DNA of 64,000 nucleotides from an uncultured Gemmatimonadales bacterium (GTDB lineage: Bacteria; Gemmatimonadota; Gemmatimonadetes; Longimicrobiales; RSA9). Numbering within the stretch: the first letter of the stretch is position 1; the number at the start of each line of letters is the position of its first letter. Below, in pieces: positions 33,267 through 44,465 of this stretch. The notes under the pieces are model-generated. The model worked only from the letters and a program-made list of their open reading frames with translations. It had not been told where the DNA came from and searched no databases. The position numbers and the translations under genes were made by a program. The stretch is taken from NCBI GenBank assembly GCA_963798085.1, contig CAWCRS010000007.1:1344001-1408000 (forward strand), in the 5' to 3' direction.

Positions 33267-36200
33267 GCCCGACGCCCGTCTCGCTTGCCGAGCTGATCGG
33301 CGCAGCCCGCCGCATGGTGCGACGCGATGTGATGTTCGCGGTTGCGGGCGCCGTGCTGCTCATTGTGCCGCTGTCGCTGGCCGTGGCATGGCTGCTGGCC
33401 GGCCGCACGGTGTGGGCCGCACCCAGCCCGGGCCCGCTGGCGCTCGAGCTGCTGGCGCTGACCGCCGCGGGCAGCGTGCTGCTCGGACTGCGGCGCCGCT
33501 GGCTGCTGGGCACTGCGGAACGCGACCTGGCCTCGACCGCGGAAGCGGGCGCGCAGCTGCCGAACGGTGCGGTTCTCGGCGTGCTGGAGCTGGCGAGGGG
33601 CGTTCCCGGGGGCACGTCCGTATCGCTGTTCCGGCGCGAGGAAGCGGATGTGGGCCGCAAACTTTCCGGCCACGGCCCGCGCGAAGTCAGCGGCGAGGTG
33701 GGGCGGCGGGCCAGACGGCGGCGGGGCGCGGTGCTTGGCAGCCTGTTAGGCACGACCGCGTTCACCGGTCTTCTCGGCTTCGTGTCGCCCCAGCGCGTGC
33801 AGACCGGCTGGTCGCCGCTGCTGCACCCGCTGGCGCATCTGTCGTCGCCGCCACTGCCGGCCATGGTCGTGACGCCCGGCAATACCGAAGTGCTGCGCGG
33901 CGCGGACCTGGCCGTGCACGTGCTGGCGCCCGGCCGTTTTGCCGTCACCGTGGCGGCACGCGCGGATGGCGATGTGCTGCGCCGCGAAGTGGCCGGCATT
34001 GTCGCTGACAGCGCAGTCGTGGTGCTGCACCACATCGATGCGCGCACCGAGTACTGGGTGGAAGCGCCTGACGGCTCCCAAACAGCGCATTACGTGATCA
34101 CGCCGCGCGACCCGCTGCTGGTCACCGACCTGACCGTGGTGGTGCGCTATCCGGAGTACGTCGGCCGCGCTGCGGACCGCTACTCGACGGAGGTGCCGCC
34201 GCTGGAGCTGCCCGAGGGCTCCACCCTGCAGATCGACGGCCGTGCCACCCGCGCGCTGGCCGCATCCGGGCTCAGCGGTGACAAGGGTGAGGCTGTGCGT
34301 CTCAACGTGAGCGACGATCGCTTCAGCGGCGCGTGGACGCCCGCGGCGGGTGGTGTCTACGAATGGCGCATGAAAGGCCAGGACGGAAGCGATCTGCTGA
34401 CGGCACCCGCGCCCCTCGAGATCTCGCTGCTGGCCGATGCGCCGCCCGTCGTGGAGATCACCTATCCCGGCCGCGACACGCTCGTCGACCCGACGCTGAT
34501 CCACGCGATCGCGGCCGATGCGCGCGACGATTACGGCATCGAGAGTGCCACACTCGTGAACTGGCGTGTCAGCGCCGCCGGCCGTGCGGACCCACCCGTC
34601 GAGATGGCGTTGCCTGTCGACACCGTCACCGACCGCGTGCTGGTGCGCGGCATCCTCGACCTGCGGGAGCGCGACCTGCTGCCTGGTGACACCATCAAGT
34701 ACTTCGTGCGCGTGACGGACAATTCGCCCCGCCATCAGACCGCAGTGTCGACGACGTTCTCGCTCTACCTGCCCGGCGCCTCCGATCTGCGCGACCGCGT
34801 CACCGAGCAGACGGACGACATGGTGAAGCAGGCGCAGGACCTCACGAAGACGACGAAGGACCTGCAGGACGCGACGCAGTCGCTGCAACGCCGCACGGAA
34901 GCCAGCAATGCCCGGCGCAACGACGCCACGCGCAACAGCGGCGCGCAGAATTCCTCGACCGGGGACAAGGGCCAGCTCGGCTTCCGCGAGTCGGAACAGG
35001 CCAGGCAGATCCTGGAGCAGCAACAGAAGGTCATGGCCGGCCTGGAACAGATGCGCGACAAGCTCGAGGCCGTGCAGCGCGCCATGGAGAACGCGGGGCT
35101 GCGCGATCCGGCCACGCAGCAGAAGCTCAAGGAGCTGCGCGAGCAGTACGAGCAGATGATGACGCCGGACCTGCAGCAGCAGATGAAGGACCTGCAGGAC
35201 GCGCTCACCAAACTGGATCCCGAGCAGCTGCAGAAGGCACTCGAGCAGCTGGCGCAGAAGCAGGACGAGATGCGCCAGAAGCTGGAAGAGAGCCTCGAGC
35301 AGATGAAGCACGCGGCCAGCGAGCAGAAGACGGGCGCCCTGGCGCAGCAGGCCAAGGAGCTGGCCACGCAGCAGCAGGCGCTGGCCGACGCAATGCGTCA
35401 GAAGCCGACGGAAAAGGATGCGGAAACACAGCGCCAGCTCGAGCAGAAGGCGAAGGACCTGGCCGCGCAGGTCGACCAGCTGAGCAAGGATCTGGCAACG
35501 CAGAAATCCGATTCCGCTGCGCAGCAGGCGGCACAGGCCGCGCAGCAGCTCAATGCCGCGCGCCAGGACATGAACCAGGCGGCGGAGAAGGCGAAGCAGA
35601 AGCAGCGCGAGGAAGCGGGCAAGGCGGGCCAGCAGGCGGCCGACAAGCTGGATCAAGCCGCGAAACAGCTGGACGCTTCACGCGATCAGCAGTCGGACGC
35701 GTCCGAGCGCGCCATGCGTGAGGCCATCGAGCAGGCGACGAACGAGGCGCTCTCGCTGGCACAGCGGCAGCAGTCACTTCGCGACAAGATGGACCAGGCG
35801 CAGGCGCAGCAGGACAAGACCCAGGCCGGGCAGCAGGCGCAGCAACAGCAGCAGGCCGGCCAGCAGCAGCAGGGACAGCGCGGCCAGCAGCAGCAACAGG
35901 GACAGCGCGGCCAGCAGCAGGGACAGCGCGGCCAGCAGCAGCAGGGACAGCAGGGCCAGCAGAGCGGACAGCAGGGTCAGCAGGGCATGCAGGGGCAGCA
36001 GGGGAATCAGCAGGGCGGGCAGGGCGCCGAGATGCAGCGCCTGCGCGAGGAGCAGGCCGCATTGCAGCAGGGACTCGAGCAGCTGGGTCGCAATCTCTCG
36101 CAGGCCGCGGACCAGAACGGCTCGATGTCGCGCGACGTGGGCAGCTCGCTGGCCAGGGCGAATCTCAGCATGCAGCAGACCATGCAGGGCCTGGAGAAGG

Positions 36201-36883
36201 CGGGGCAGCAGGGGCAGCGCCTGCCCACGCAGGAGGCCGGACAGTCGGTGGATGCGCTGAACCGGCTGGCACTGTCGCTGCTCAAGAGCCAGCAGCAGGG
36301 CGACCAGAACCAGAACGCCTCCGGCGCGCAGCAGGCCATGGAGCAGCTGTCCGCGATCGCGCAGCAGCAGGGCCAGCTGAACGGCCGTTCTAACGCGCTG
36401 TTGCCGCTGAATCTGCCGGCTCAGGTGCTGCAGCAGCAGACCACCAGGATGGCCAGGGAACAGCGCGACATTGCCTCGCAGCTCAACGGTGTGAACGAAA
36501 AGCTGGCGGGGCACGAGGACGTGCTGGGCCGCATGGACGAGCTGGCGGCGGAGGCCGAACGTCTGGCACGCGAGCTGGAGGGCGGGCGACTGCCGGCGGA
36601 AGTGATCGCGCGGCAGGAGCGGCTCTTCCACCGCCTGCTCGACGCGGGCCGCTCGCTGGAGCGCAACGAGACCAGCAACGAGCGCGTGGCGGAACGGCCG
36701 GGCGCCTACACACCTTCGGTGGCGCCGCCGCTCACTGCCGCGCTGCTGGACGCAACACAGCGTTATCGCGTGCCCACGCCGGAAGAGCTGAAGGATATGC
36801 CGCCGGCCTATCGCAAGATGATCCTCGAATATTTCGAGCGCATCAATCGATCGGCGGGAGCGGAGAAGAAGCAGAAGCAGTGA
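33263..36883 (+). CDS. Large membrane-anchored Ig-like/coiled-coil protein (DUF4175-like)
   Basis: Three N-terminal TM segments, beta-rich region with DAPPVVEI..ARDDYGI, long Q/E/K coiled coil, C-terminal PPAYRKMILEYF. Confidence 0.8.
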   Translation: MSPTPVSLAELIGAARRMVRRDVMFAVAGAVLLIVPLSLAVAWLLAGRTVWAAPSPGPLALELLALTAAGSVLLGLRRRWLLGTAERDLASTAEAGAQLPNGAVLGVLELARGVPGGTSVSLFRREEADVGRKLSGHGPREVSGEVGRRARRRRGAVLGSLLGTTAFTGLLGFVSPQRVQTGWSPLLHPLAHLSSPPLPAMVVTPGNTEVLRGADLAVHVLAPGRFAVTVAARADGDVLRREVAGIVADSAVVVLHHIDARTEYWVEAPDGSQTAHYVITPRDPLLVTDLTVVVRYPEYVGRAADRYSTEVPPLELPEGSTLQIDGRATRALAASGLSGDKGEAVRLNVSDDRFSGAWTPAAGGVYEWRMKGQDGSDLLTAPAPLEISLLADAPPVVEITYPGRDTLVDPTLIHAIAADARDDYGIESATLVNWRVSAAGRADPPVEMALPVDTVTDRVLVRGILDLRERDLLPGDTIKYFVRVTDNSPRHQTAVSTTFSLYLPGASDLRDRVTEQTDDMVKQAQDLTKTTKDLQDATQSLQRRTEASNARRNDATRNSGAQNSSTGDKGQLGFRESEQARQILEQQQKVMAGLEQMRDKLEAVQRAMENAGLRDPATQQKLKELREQYEQMMTPDLQQQMKDLQDALTKLDPEQLQKALEQLAQKQDEMRQKLEESLEQMKHAASEQKTGALAQQAKELATQQQALADAMRQKPTEKDAETQRQLEQKAKDLAAQVDQLSKDLATQKSDSAAQQAAQAAQQLNAARQDMNQAAEKAKQKQREEAGKAGQQAADKLDQAAKQLDASRDQQSDASERAMREAIEQATNEALSLAQRQQSLRDKMDQAQAQQDKTQAGQQAQQQQQAGQQQQGQRGQQQQQGQRGQQQGQRGQQQQGQQGQQSGQQGQQGMQGQQGNQQGGQGAEMQRLREEQAALQQGLEQLGRNLSQAADQNGSMSRDVGSSLARANLSMQQTMQGLEKAGQQGQRLPTQEAGQSVDALNRLALSLLKSQQQGDQNQNASGAQQAMEQLSAIAQQQGQLNGRSNALLPLNLPAQVLQQQTTRMAREQRDIASQLNGVNEKLAGHEDVLGRMDELAAEAERLARELEGGRLPAEVIARQERLFHRLLDAGRSLERNETSNERVAERPGAYTPSVAPPLTAALLDATQRYRVPTPEELKDMPPAYRKMILEYFERINRSAGAEKKQKQ
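35790..36025 (+). repeat. Gln/Gly low-complexity tandem repeat inside the coiled-coil gene
   Basis: CAGGGACAGCGCGGCCAGCAGCAG at 35870, 35897 and 35918 (QGQRGQQQ), within a CAG-rich tract. Confidence 0.85.
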
Positions 36884-38665
36884 GGAAGGGCGCGCGCTCG
36901 AGGGTCAGCGCAGGCCTGGCGCTCGCGTGCGTCCTCGCCAGCGCCGCGAACGGGGCGGCGCAGGGCGCAGCCGGCGGTGCGGCTGGAGAGCTGGCGCGGC
37001 TGCGTGAGGCAGGCGCGCAGGAGCGCGACGGCGACTATGCGGGCGCGGAGCGCACGCTGCTCGGCGTGCTGGCCGGCAATCCGACGTCGCTCGCCGCACT
37101 CATCGCCCTGGAGCGCGTGGCCGCGCTCGCCGGACACACCGCGAAGGTGCTCCCCGCCATCGACACGCTGCTCGCCCACGAACCCGCCTCCATTGTCGGC
37201 CACCAGAATGCAGGTGCGCACGTACTCCGTGCTGAACGACTCCCTGGCACTGGCGCGTGCGGCGGAGCAGTGGATGCACACGTCGCCCGGAATTGAAACG
37301 CCCTACCGCGAGATTGCGCGTGTCTGGCGCAGCCGCGGCGATGCGCAGCGCGCGATCAATGTGCTGGAACGCGGGCGCAAACACGTCGGCCGGAAGGATG
37401 CGCTTGCTCTCGAGCTGGGTGATGCCTTTGCGGTCACCGGCGACTGGCGTCGGGTGGTGCAGGAGTGGGCGCGCGCCGTGGGCCCGCGCGGCGAAGCGTT
37501 CCTCCTGGTGCAGCGGCGCCTGGCCAATCTGCCCAATGGCGGCGCGCTCGTGATTCCCGGGCTGGTCAATGCGCTGGTGGCGAAGCCGACAACGCCCGAG
37601 CGCATGCGCACCGCCGTGCAGCTGGCGGTCGATGCGGGTCTCAAGGAGCGGGCACTCGCGGTGGCGAGAGCGCTCGCGCCGCAGCTGAAACCGCCCGAAC
37701 GGCGCGGCTTCATGGTGGAACTGGCGAGGCGCTCCGACGGGGCGGGACTGCGCTCGCTCGCGCTCTGGTCCTACGGCCAGATCGTCTCGGAAGGCGGCAA
37801 GCGGGAGCTGCTGCTCCCGGTACGCAGCCGCATGGCCGAGCTGGCGCTTTCGCTGGGTGATACCGTGCAAGCGGAGCGCGCCTATCGCGAACTCGAAGGA
37901 CAGCTGACGCCGGGCTCGCCGGAGCGACGCCAGGCCATGGCGCTGCGCGTGCAGATGCTGGCGCGCGCGCGTGCCTTCGACAGCGCACACGTCGAGCTGA
38001 CACGCCTGATCGCGGAATCGGGCGAAGCCGCGGAAGCGGACGTGGCGGGCGCCACACTCGCCAACGCACTGATCGATGCGGGTCGGCCGGACTCCGCGCA
38101 GACGGTATTGGCAGGTCTGGCGGGACCGCACGCGCGGCTGGCACGGGGGCGGCTCTACATGAATCGCGGCGACGCTGTGCGCGCGCGCGACGAAGTTCTG
38201 GCGGCGGCGCCGCAGCTGGATGGCGGGGAGGCCACCGAAGCACTGGCGCTGGCCACCCTGCTGGCGCGCCTTTCGGAGCGGGGTGGCGACCTTGTGGGTC
38301 GGGCAATGGCCGCGATCACGGCCGGCGACAGACGCCAGGGCATCGTACTGCTGACGGACAGCACGCACGCGCTGCCCGAGAACGAGCGCGCCGCACTGCT
38401 GGACTTCGCCGCCGGCCTCGCCGATCACAGCGGACTCGCGGCCGATGCCGCGCAGATCCGGAAGGACATTGTGGAAGAGGCTCCGCGCGCGCCTGAAGCG
38501 CCGCTCGCGCTGCTGGCGCTGGCGCGGGCTGCGCTCGCGCAACAGGAGCGCGCGGATGCGCGTCTGTTGCTGGAGCGACTGCTGGTCGAGTATCCTCGGA
38601 GCGCGCTCGTGCCCCAGGCCAGAAGCGAGCTGGACCGGCTCGCCGCCGCGCGCTCTCCATCCTGA
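36880..38665 (+). CDS. Secreted TPR-like protein (+1 frameshift near 37207)
   Basis: Signal peptide and TPR helices in ORF 36880 continue into ORF 36977-38665, which ends LLVEYPRSALVPQAR. Confidence 0.8.
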
Positions 38666-38685
38666 GACGGACAGGAACGGCACTC

Positions 38686-39945
38686 ATGCGCCGATTTGCC
38701 CTTGCCTTGCTGCTGCTCGCGGGCTTCGCGGGACACGCCCGCGCGCAGTTCCTGCTCATCCCCATGGACCGCGACCAGAACAACCACCTCAAGGCGTACG
38801 GCCTGACGTTCTGGACCATCCAGAAGGGCCTGACGGCGGAGTGGCTGCTCAACTACCGGGACGGCTCGTTCCTGCTGCAGGACAAACCTGAGGTGCGCCG
38901 CGAGGCCGCCATGCGCGGGGTGACTGCCAATCCCATCAACAGCAGCGAGCTGGCGCAGATCCGTTCGACCATCGAAGAGAGCAACATGGAGTCCGTGATC
39001 CTGGAGCGGGCTCCCAAGATCGCTGTCTATACGCCGGGCAACACCAATCCGTGGGACGACGCGGTGACGCTGGCGCTCGACTACGCGGACATCCCCTACG
39101 AGAAGATCTGGGACCCGGAAGTGCTGCAGGGCCGGCTCAAGGAATACGACTGGCTGCACCTGCACCACGAGGACTTCACGGGCCAGTACTCGAAGTTCTA
39201 CATCAGCTATGCGGGCGCGCCCTGGCTGCAGGAAGCGGTGCAGCGCAATGAGGCCGTGGCCAAACAGTTCGGTTTTCCCAATGTCCCTGCTCTCAAGAAG
39301 GCCGTGGCGGAGGAGATCCGGCGCTACGTCTCGGAAGGCGGCTTCCTGTTCGCCATGTGCACGGCGACGGAGACACTCGAGCTGGCATTGGCATCGGCAG
39401 GCGTGGACATTGCCGCGGCGTTCGCGGATGGCACGGGCGTGGACCCGGATGCGTCGCAGAAGATGAAATGGGATCGCACACTCGCGTTCCGCGATGCACA
39501 GGTGCAGGTGAATCCGGCGGTGAACGCGTTCAGCGACATTGACGGGCACCAGGTGAACACACCGTGGCGGCAGCCGCTGGGCGCCTTCGAGCTGTTCGAG
39601 TTCAGCGCCAAGTTCGATCCCGTGCCCTCCATGCTGGTGCAGAATCACGAGAACGTGATCCCGGACTTCTTCGGTCTCACCACCAGCTTCCGCAAGGACC
39701 GGCTCAAGCAGGGCATTATCGTGCTGGCGCAGGAAGAAGGCGCGCCCTGGGTCAAGTACATCCACGGCAATTTCGGGCAGGGCACGTTCACCTTCCTGGG
39801 CGGGCACGATCCCGAGGACCCGCAGCACCAGATCGGTGATTCCTCCACGGATCTGTCACAACACCCGCACTCGCCGGGGTACCGCCTGATCCTTAACAAC
39901 GTGTTGTTCCCGGCAGCCAAGAAGAAGACGCTGAAGACCGAGTAG
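38686..39945 (+). CDS. Conserved secreted protein, class-I GATase-like fold (family often loosely labelled 'asparagine synthetase B')
   Basis: Signal peptide; NHLKAYG, WLLNYRDGSF, PWDDAV, LHHEDFTGQY, GGFLFAMC, GGHDPED. Confidence 0.8.
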   Translation: MRRFALALLLLAGFAGHARAQFLLIPMDRDQNNHLKAYGLTFWTIQKGLTAEWLLNYRDGSFLLQDKPEVRREAAMRGVTANPINSSELAQIRSTIEESNMESVILERAPKIAVYTPGNTNPWDDAVTLALDYADIPYEKIWDPEVLQGRLKEYDWLHLHHEDFTGQYSKFYISYAGAPWLQEAVQRNEAVAKQFGFPNVPALKKAVAEEIRRYVSEGGFLFAMCTATETLELALASAGVDIAAAFADGTGVDPDASQKMKWDRTLAFRDAQVQVNPAVNAFSDIDGHQVNTPWRQPLGAFELFEFSAKFDPVPSMLVQNHENVIPDFFGLTTSFRKDRLKQGIIVLAQEEGAPWVKYIHGNFGQGTFTFLGGHDPEDPQHQIGDSSTDLSQHPHSPGYRLILNNVLFPAAKKKTLKTE

Positions 39946-39975
39946 CCGCAGTCGCGGGAGGGGGTGGCAGTGGGA

Positions 39976-42568
39976 ATGGTGCATGGACCCGCGCGCGTGC
40001 TGGAACTGGCGCCGGCGGCGGCAGCCGCCATGCGCGAGGAGATCGCGCGTGCCCGCGGCCGCGAGGTCTGCTTCGTGGCCGCCGTGGACGAGGCGGGCCG
40101 CGTGGTGGAGCCGCAGGTGGTTTCGCGCGGCCACGAGCGCGCCGTACTCGCCGCCGTGCGTGATGCGGCACCCGGCTCGCTGGTGCTGCACAACCATCCG
40201 TCCGGCGACCTCACACCGTCCGAAGCCGATCTCAGCGTAGCCGCGGATCTGTACGCGCGCGGCCTCGGCATTGCCATCATCGACAATGACGCGCGCGACC
40301 TCTACGTGATCGTCGAGCCGGCTCGCACGCAGGCGGTCGAGCGGCTGGATGCGGAAGAAGTCGCGGCATTGCTGGCGCCGGGCGGACCCATCAGCCTGGC
40401 GCATCCCGCATACGAAGACCGGCCCACACAGCGCGACCTGACACGCGCGGTGGTGCGCGCCTACGATGAGGGTGGCATTGCGCTGGCCGAAGCGGGCACC
40501 GGCACAGGCAAGTCCATTGCCTATCTCGTGCCCGCTGTGCTCTGGAGCCTGCGCAATCACGAGCGCACCGTGGTCTCCACCAACACGATCAACCTGCAGG
40601 AACAGCTGGTGGGCAAGGACCTGCCTTTCCTGCGCTCCGCACTGGGCCAGCCCTTCCGCTTCGCGCTCGTGAAGGGCCGGAGCAACTACATCTCGATCCG
40701 CCGGCTCCGGCTGGCTGCGCAGGCGGCGCCACTGCTGCTCGATGATGGGCCGGGCAAGGAGCTGGAGGCGCTGACCGAATGGCTCGAGCACACGCGCGAG
40801 GGATCGCTGCAGGACCTGCCCTTCCAGCCCAGTGAAGAAGTCTGGGATGAAGTGGTTTCCGATTCCGACGTCTGCCTGCGGGCGCGCTGCCCGCACTTCG
40901 AGGCGTGCTTCTACCAGCGCGCGCGCCGCGATGCGGCGTCAGCGGATCTGCTGGTGGTGAATCATCACCTGCTGTTCAGCGACATTGCGGTTCGCCGTGC
41001 GCAGGAGAACTACACGGCGCAGGCGGTGCTGCCGCCCTACCGCCGGCTGATCCTGGATGAAGCGCACAACCTCGAGGAAGCCGCGACATCGCACCTGGGC
41101 GTGGGCGTGACGCGCCGCAGCGTACTGCGCCATCTGGCCCGCCTCGACCGGCGAGGTCGTGGTCTGCTGCTGGCCGTCGAGCAGCGCCTGCTGACGGGTG
41201 ATAACGACCTGTTGCAGCAGGAAGCGCTGGAATTCATCGGGCGCGACCTGCGGCCCCGCGTCGAGCGCGCCAGGGAAACGGCAATCGACTTCTTCGCGCA
41301 GCTGGAAGGGTTGTGCGCGCGTGCCGACGATGGCGTGGTGCGGCTGGCCGATGACTTCACGGGCGATGCCGCGTGGATCAACGGGCCGGCGACTGCGCTC
41401 GAAGGGGTGCTGCTGCTGCTGGACGAGCTGTCGCGCGGACTGGCACGGCTGCGCGAGCGCGTGCAGGTGGATCACGGCTGGGCCGAAACGCTGGCGGAAC
41501 CGCTGGTCGAGATGCAGGGCGTGCAGGCCCGCCTGGCCGATACCGCAGCCGGGTTGCGGCTGGCCCTGCAGCCGGGCATGGAGAGTACGCCGCTGGTGCG
41601 CTGGCTGGAGCGGCGAGGCGCGGCGAGGGAGCCTAACATCGCAATACGCGCGGCGCCGGTGGAGCTGGCCGAAGCACTGCGCAGCGGGCTGTTCGAGCGC
41701 ATGGACACCGCCGTGCTGACATCGGCGACACTGACCACGCGCGATGGCTTCGGGTTCCTGCGCTCGCGGCTGGGCCTCGATGCCGGCTTGCGCGTGAACG
41801 AATCGTCGCACCCCACGCCGTTCGACCTGGAAACGCAGACGGTCGTGGCCGTGGTGACGGACATGCCCTCGCCCACGGCGGAAACGAATCTGCGGCTCGA
41901 CCAGTCGACCGCCGCGGTGACCGAAGACCTGGCGCGCATCACGGATGGCGGGCTGTTCGTGCTGTTCACGTCCTACCGCGCGCAGCGCACAGTTGCGGGC
42001 GAGCTGCGCCGCCGCGGTGCGGAAGGACGCTGGCCGCTGTTCGTGCAGGGTGAAGCACCGCGCGCCAAACTGCTGCAGCGCTTCGTCGAATCAGGGCGGG
42101 GCATATTGCTGGGTGTCTCTTCCTTCTGGGAAGGTGTGGATGTGCCGGGTGAGCCGCTGCGCGGGCTGATCATCGCGCGGCTGCCCTTCAAGGTGCCCAC
42201 GGAGCCGCTCACTGCGGCGCGCCTCGAGGCAGTGGAACGGAATGGTGGCAACAGCTTCACGGATTACATGCTGCCTCTCGCCGCTTTGCGGTTGAAGCAG
42301 GGGTTCGGGCGCCTGATTCGGTGCGGGCACCGATCGTGGCGCCGTCGTGATTCTGGATTCGCGCGCCCGCGAACGCGGCTATGGCCGCTACCTGCTCGAT
42401 ACACTGGCGCCATCGCCGGTGGTGGCGGGGCCGTGGGAAGAAGTGCGTGAAAGGCTGCGCGGCTTCTACTTGCGGGAGCAGGGCGACGACGCAGATTCAG
42501 CGTCGTCACGCGCCGGCGGCGCACCCGCCGCCGCACGCCTCGAACCCCTCACCCTGCGCCGCCCGTGA
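39976..42568 (+). CDS. DinG/YoaA family helicase with N-terminal JAB/RadC-like domain (+1 frameshift near 42323)
   Basis: HNHPSGDLTPSEAD; EAGTGTGKS, DEAH, TSATL, FWEGVDVPG and QGFGRLIR, then TDRGAVVILDSR in the next frame. Confidence 0.92.
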
Positions 42569-43182
42569 GTCTTCCCGCACCCAGCAAGATCGTCTGCGTT
42601 GGCCGCAACTACGCCGCGCACGCTCGCGAACTGGGCAACGACGTGCCGGAACGGCCGCTCATCTTCCTCAAGCCGCCATCGGCCCTGATTCGCGATGGCG
42701 ACACGATAGCGCTGCCGCGACAGTCGCAGCGCGTGGAGCACGAAGGCGAGATCGGTCTGGTGATCGGACGGCAGACGAAAGATGTGACGGAGGCGGATGC
42801 GCTGAAGAGTGTCGCCGGCATCGTCGCCTTGAATGATGTGACAGCACGCGATCTGCAGAAGCTGGATGGGCAGTGGACGCGCGCCAAGGGATTCGACACG
42901 TTCTGCCCGGTCGGGCCGATGGCGCCGCTGAACGGCATCGACTGGATGACGCTCGAGGTGGTGTGCCGCGTCAATGGCGAAGTGCGGCAGCACGGGCGCG
43001 CCACCGAAATGGCGTTCGGGATTCCACTGCTCGTGTCGTTCATCAGTCAGGTGATGACGCTCGAGCCCGGCGACCTGATCGCGACGGGAACGCCCGAGGG
43101 CATTGGCCCGCTTGTGCATGGGGACGTGGTGGAAGTCGAAATACCGGGGCTCAGCCGGGTACGGAATCCGGTGGGGTATTAG
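42565..43182 (+). CDS. Fumarylacetoacetate hydrolase family protein
   Basis: CVGRNY, FLKPPS, EHEGE, NDVTARD, AKGFDTF, TGTPEG. Confidence 0.95.
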   Translation: MSLPAPSKIVCVGRNYAAHARELGNDVPERPLIFLKPPSALIRDGDTIALPRQSQRVEHEGEIGLVIGRQTKDVTEADALKSVAGIVALNDVTARDLQKLDGQWTRAKGFDTFCPVGPMAPLNGIDWMTLEVVCRVNGEVRQHGRATEMAFGIPLLVSFISQVMTLEPGDLIATGTPEGIGPLVHGDVVEVEIPGLSRVRNPVGY

Positions 43183-43233
43183 CAGTTCAGGTGGAACGCT
43201 GGCAGCGCACACGCAACACGGGGTGACACGCGA

Positions 43234-44428
43234 ATGAGCCCGACAACGGGGATCACGGAGAAAGTGAAAGTCGAGCTGGCCGAGCGCATGCGCGGATTTC
43301 CGGCGTATCCGCTGGCCGATGTGCCGCAGATCAAGCGTGAGCTGCGCGCGCGCGGCGTCGACGTGATCGATCTCGGCGCCGGCGACGCGGATCTCACACC
43401 GCCACCTGCCGCGCTGCAGGCGCTGGTGGAAGCGTCGAAGGATCCGCTGATGGGCCGTTATGCGTTCCAGCTGGGCTTGCCCGCGTTCCGCGAAGCCGTG
43501 TCGGCGTGGATGGAGAAGCGCTTCGCCGTGAAGCTCGATCCGTACCGCGAGATCCTGCCGCTGGTGGGCTCGAAGGAAGGCATTGCGCACCTGGCACTGT
43601 GTTATGTGAACCCGGGTGACCTGACCATCGTGCCGGATCCCGGTTATCAGCCGTACATCGGCGGAACGCTGCTGGCAGGTGGCCAGCCGTACACCGTGCC
43701 GCTGCTGGCGGAGAACGACTTCCTGATCGATGTGCACGCACTGCCGCAGGACGTGGTCGAGCGCGCGCGCATACTCTACCTGAATTATCCGAACAATCCG
43801 ACATCGGCGATCGCCAGCCGCGAGTACCTCGAGGATGTCGTCGCAGTTCTGTCGCGAGCGCAGTCTGCTGCTGGCCTACGACAACGCGTACAGCGAGATC
43901 GGTTTCGATGGCTACCGCCCGCCCGGCATCTTCGAGATCGAGGGCGCGCTGGATGTGGCTGTCGAATTCCACTCGTTCTCGAAGACCTACAACATGACGG
44001 GCTGGCGTATTGCGTGGGCGGCGGGCAATGCCGGGACGATCGCGGCGCTGCAGCGCGTGAAATCGTTCGTCGACACGGGTCAGTTCATGTGCGTGCAGGC
44101 CGCGGCGAAGGCGGCACTGGAAGTCTGGGAAACGTGGGTGCCGGGCAACGTCGAGACGTTCCGGCAGCGGCGCAACGCCATTGTCGGGGCGCTGCGCGCG
44201 GCAGGCTTCGAAGCGCCCATGCCGAAGGCCAGCATGTACGCGTGGTTCCCGGTACCGGGCGGGCAGGATTCGCACAGCTTTGCGCGGCGCGCGCTGCTGG
44301 AGCAGGGTGTTGTGGTGATGCCGGGCGCGGCACTGGGACCGGGTGGCGAAGGCTACCTGCGGGCGGCACTGACACAGGCGCCGCCCCGGCTGGAAGAAGC
44401 GGCCCGCCGTCTGGGGCGGCTTTTGTGA
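43234..44428 (+). CDS. Class I/II PLP aminotransferase, LL-diaminopimelate aminotransferase-like (+1 frameshift near 43843)
   Basis: GSKEGI, PDPGY and NYPNNPT in one frame; YDNAY, HSFSKTYNMTGWR and GEGYLR in the next. Confidence 0.9.
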
Positions 44429-44465
44429 CGGGAACGAAGGGACGAGCGGCGGTTAGAACCGCGAG

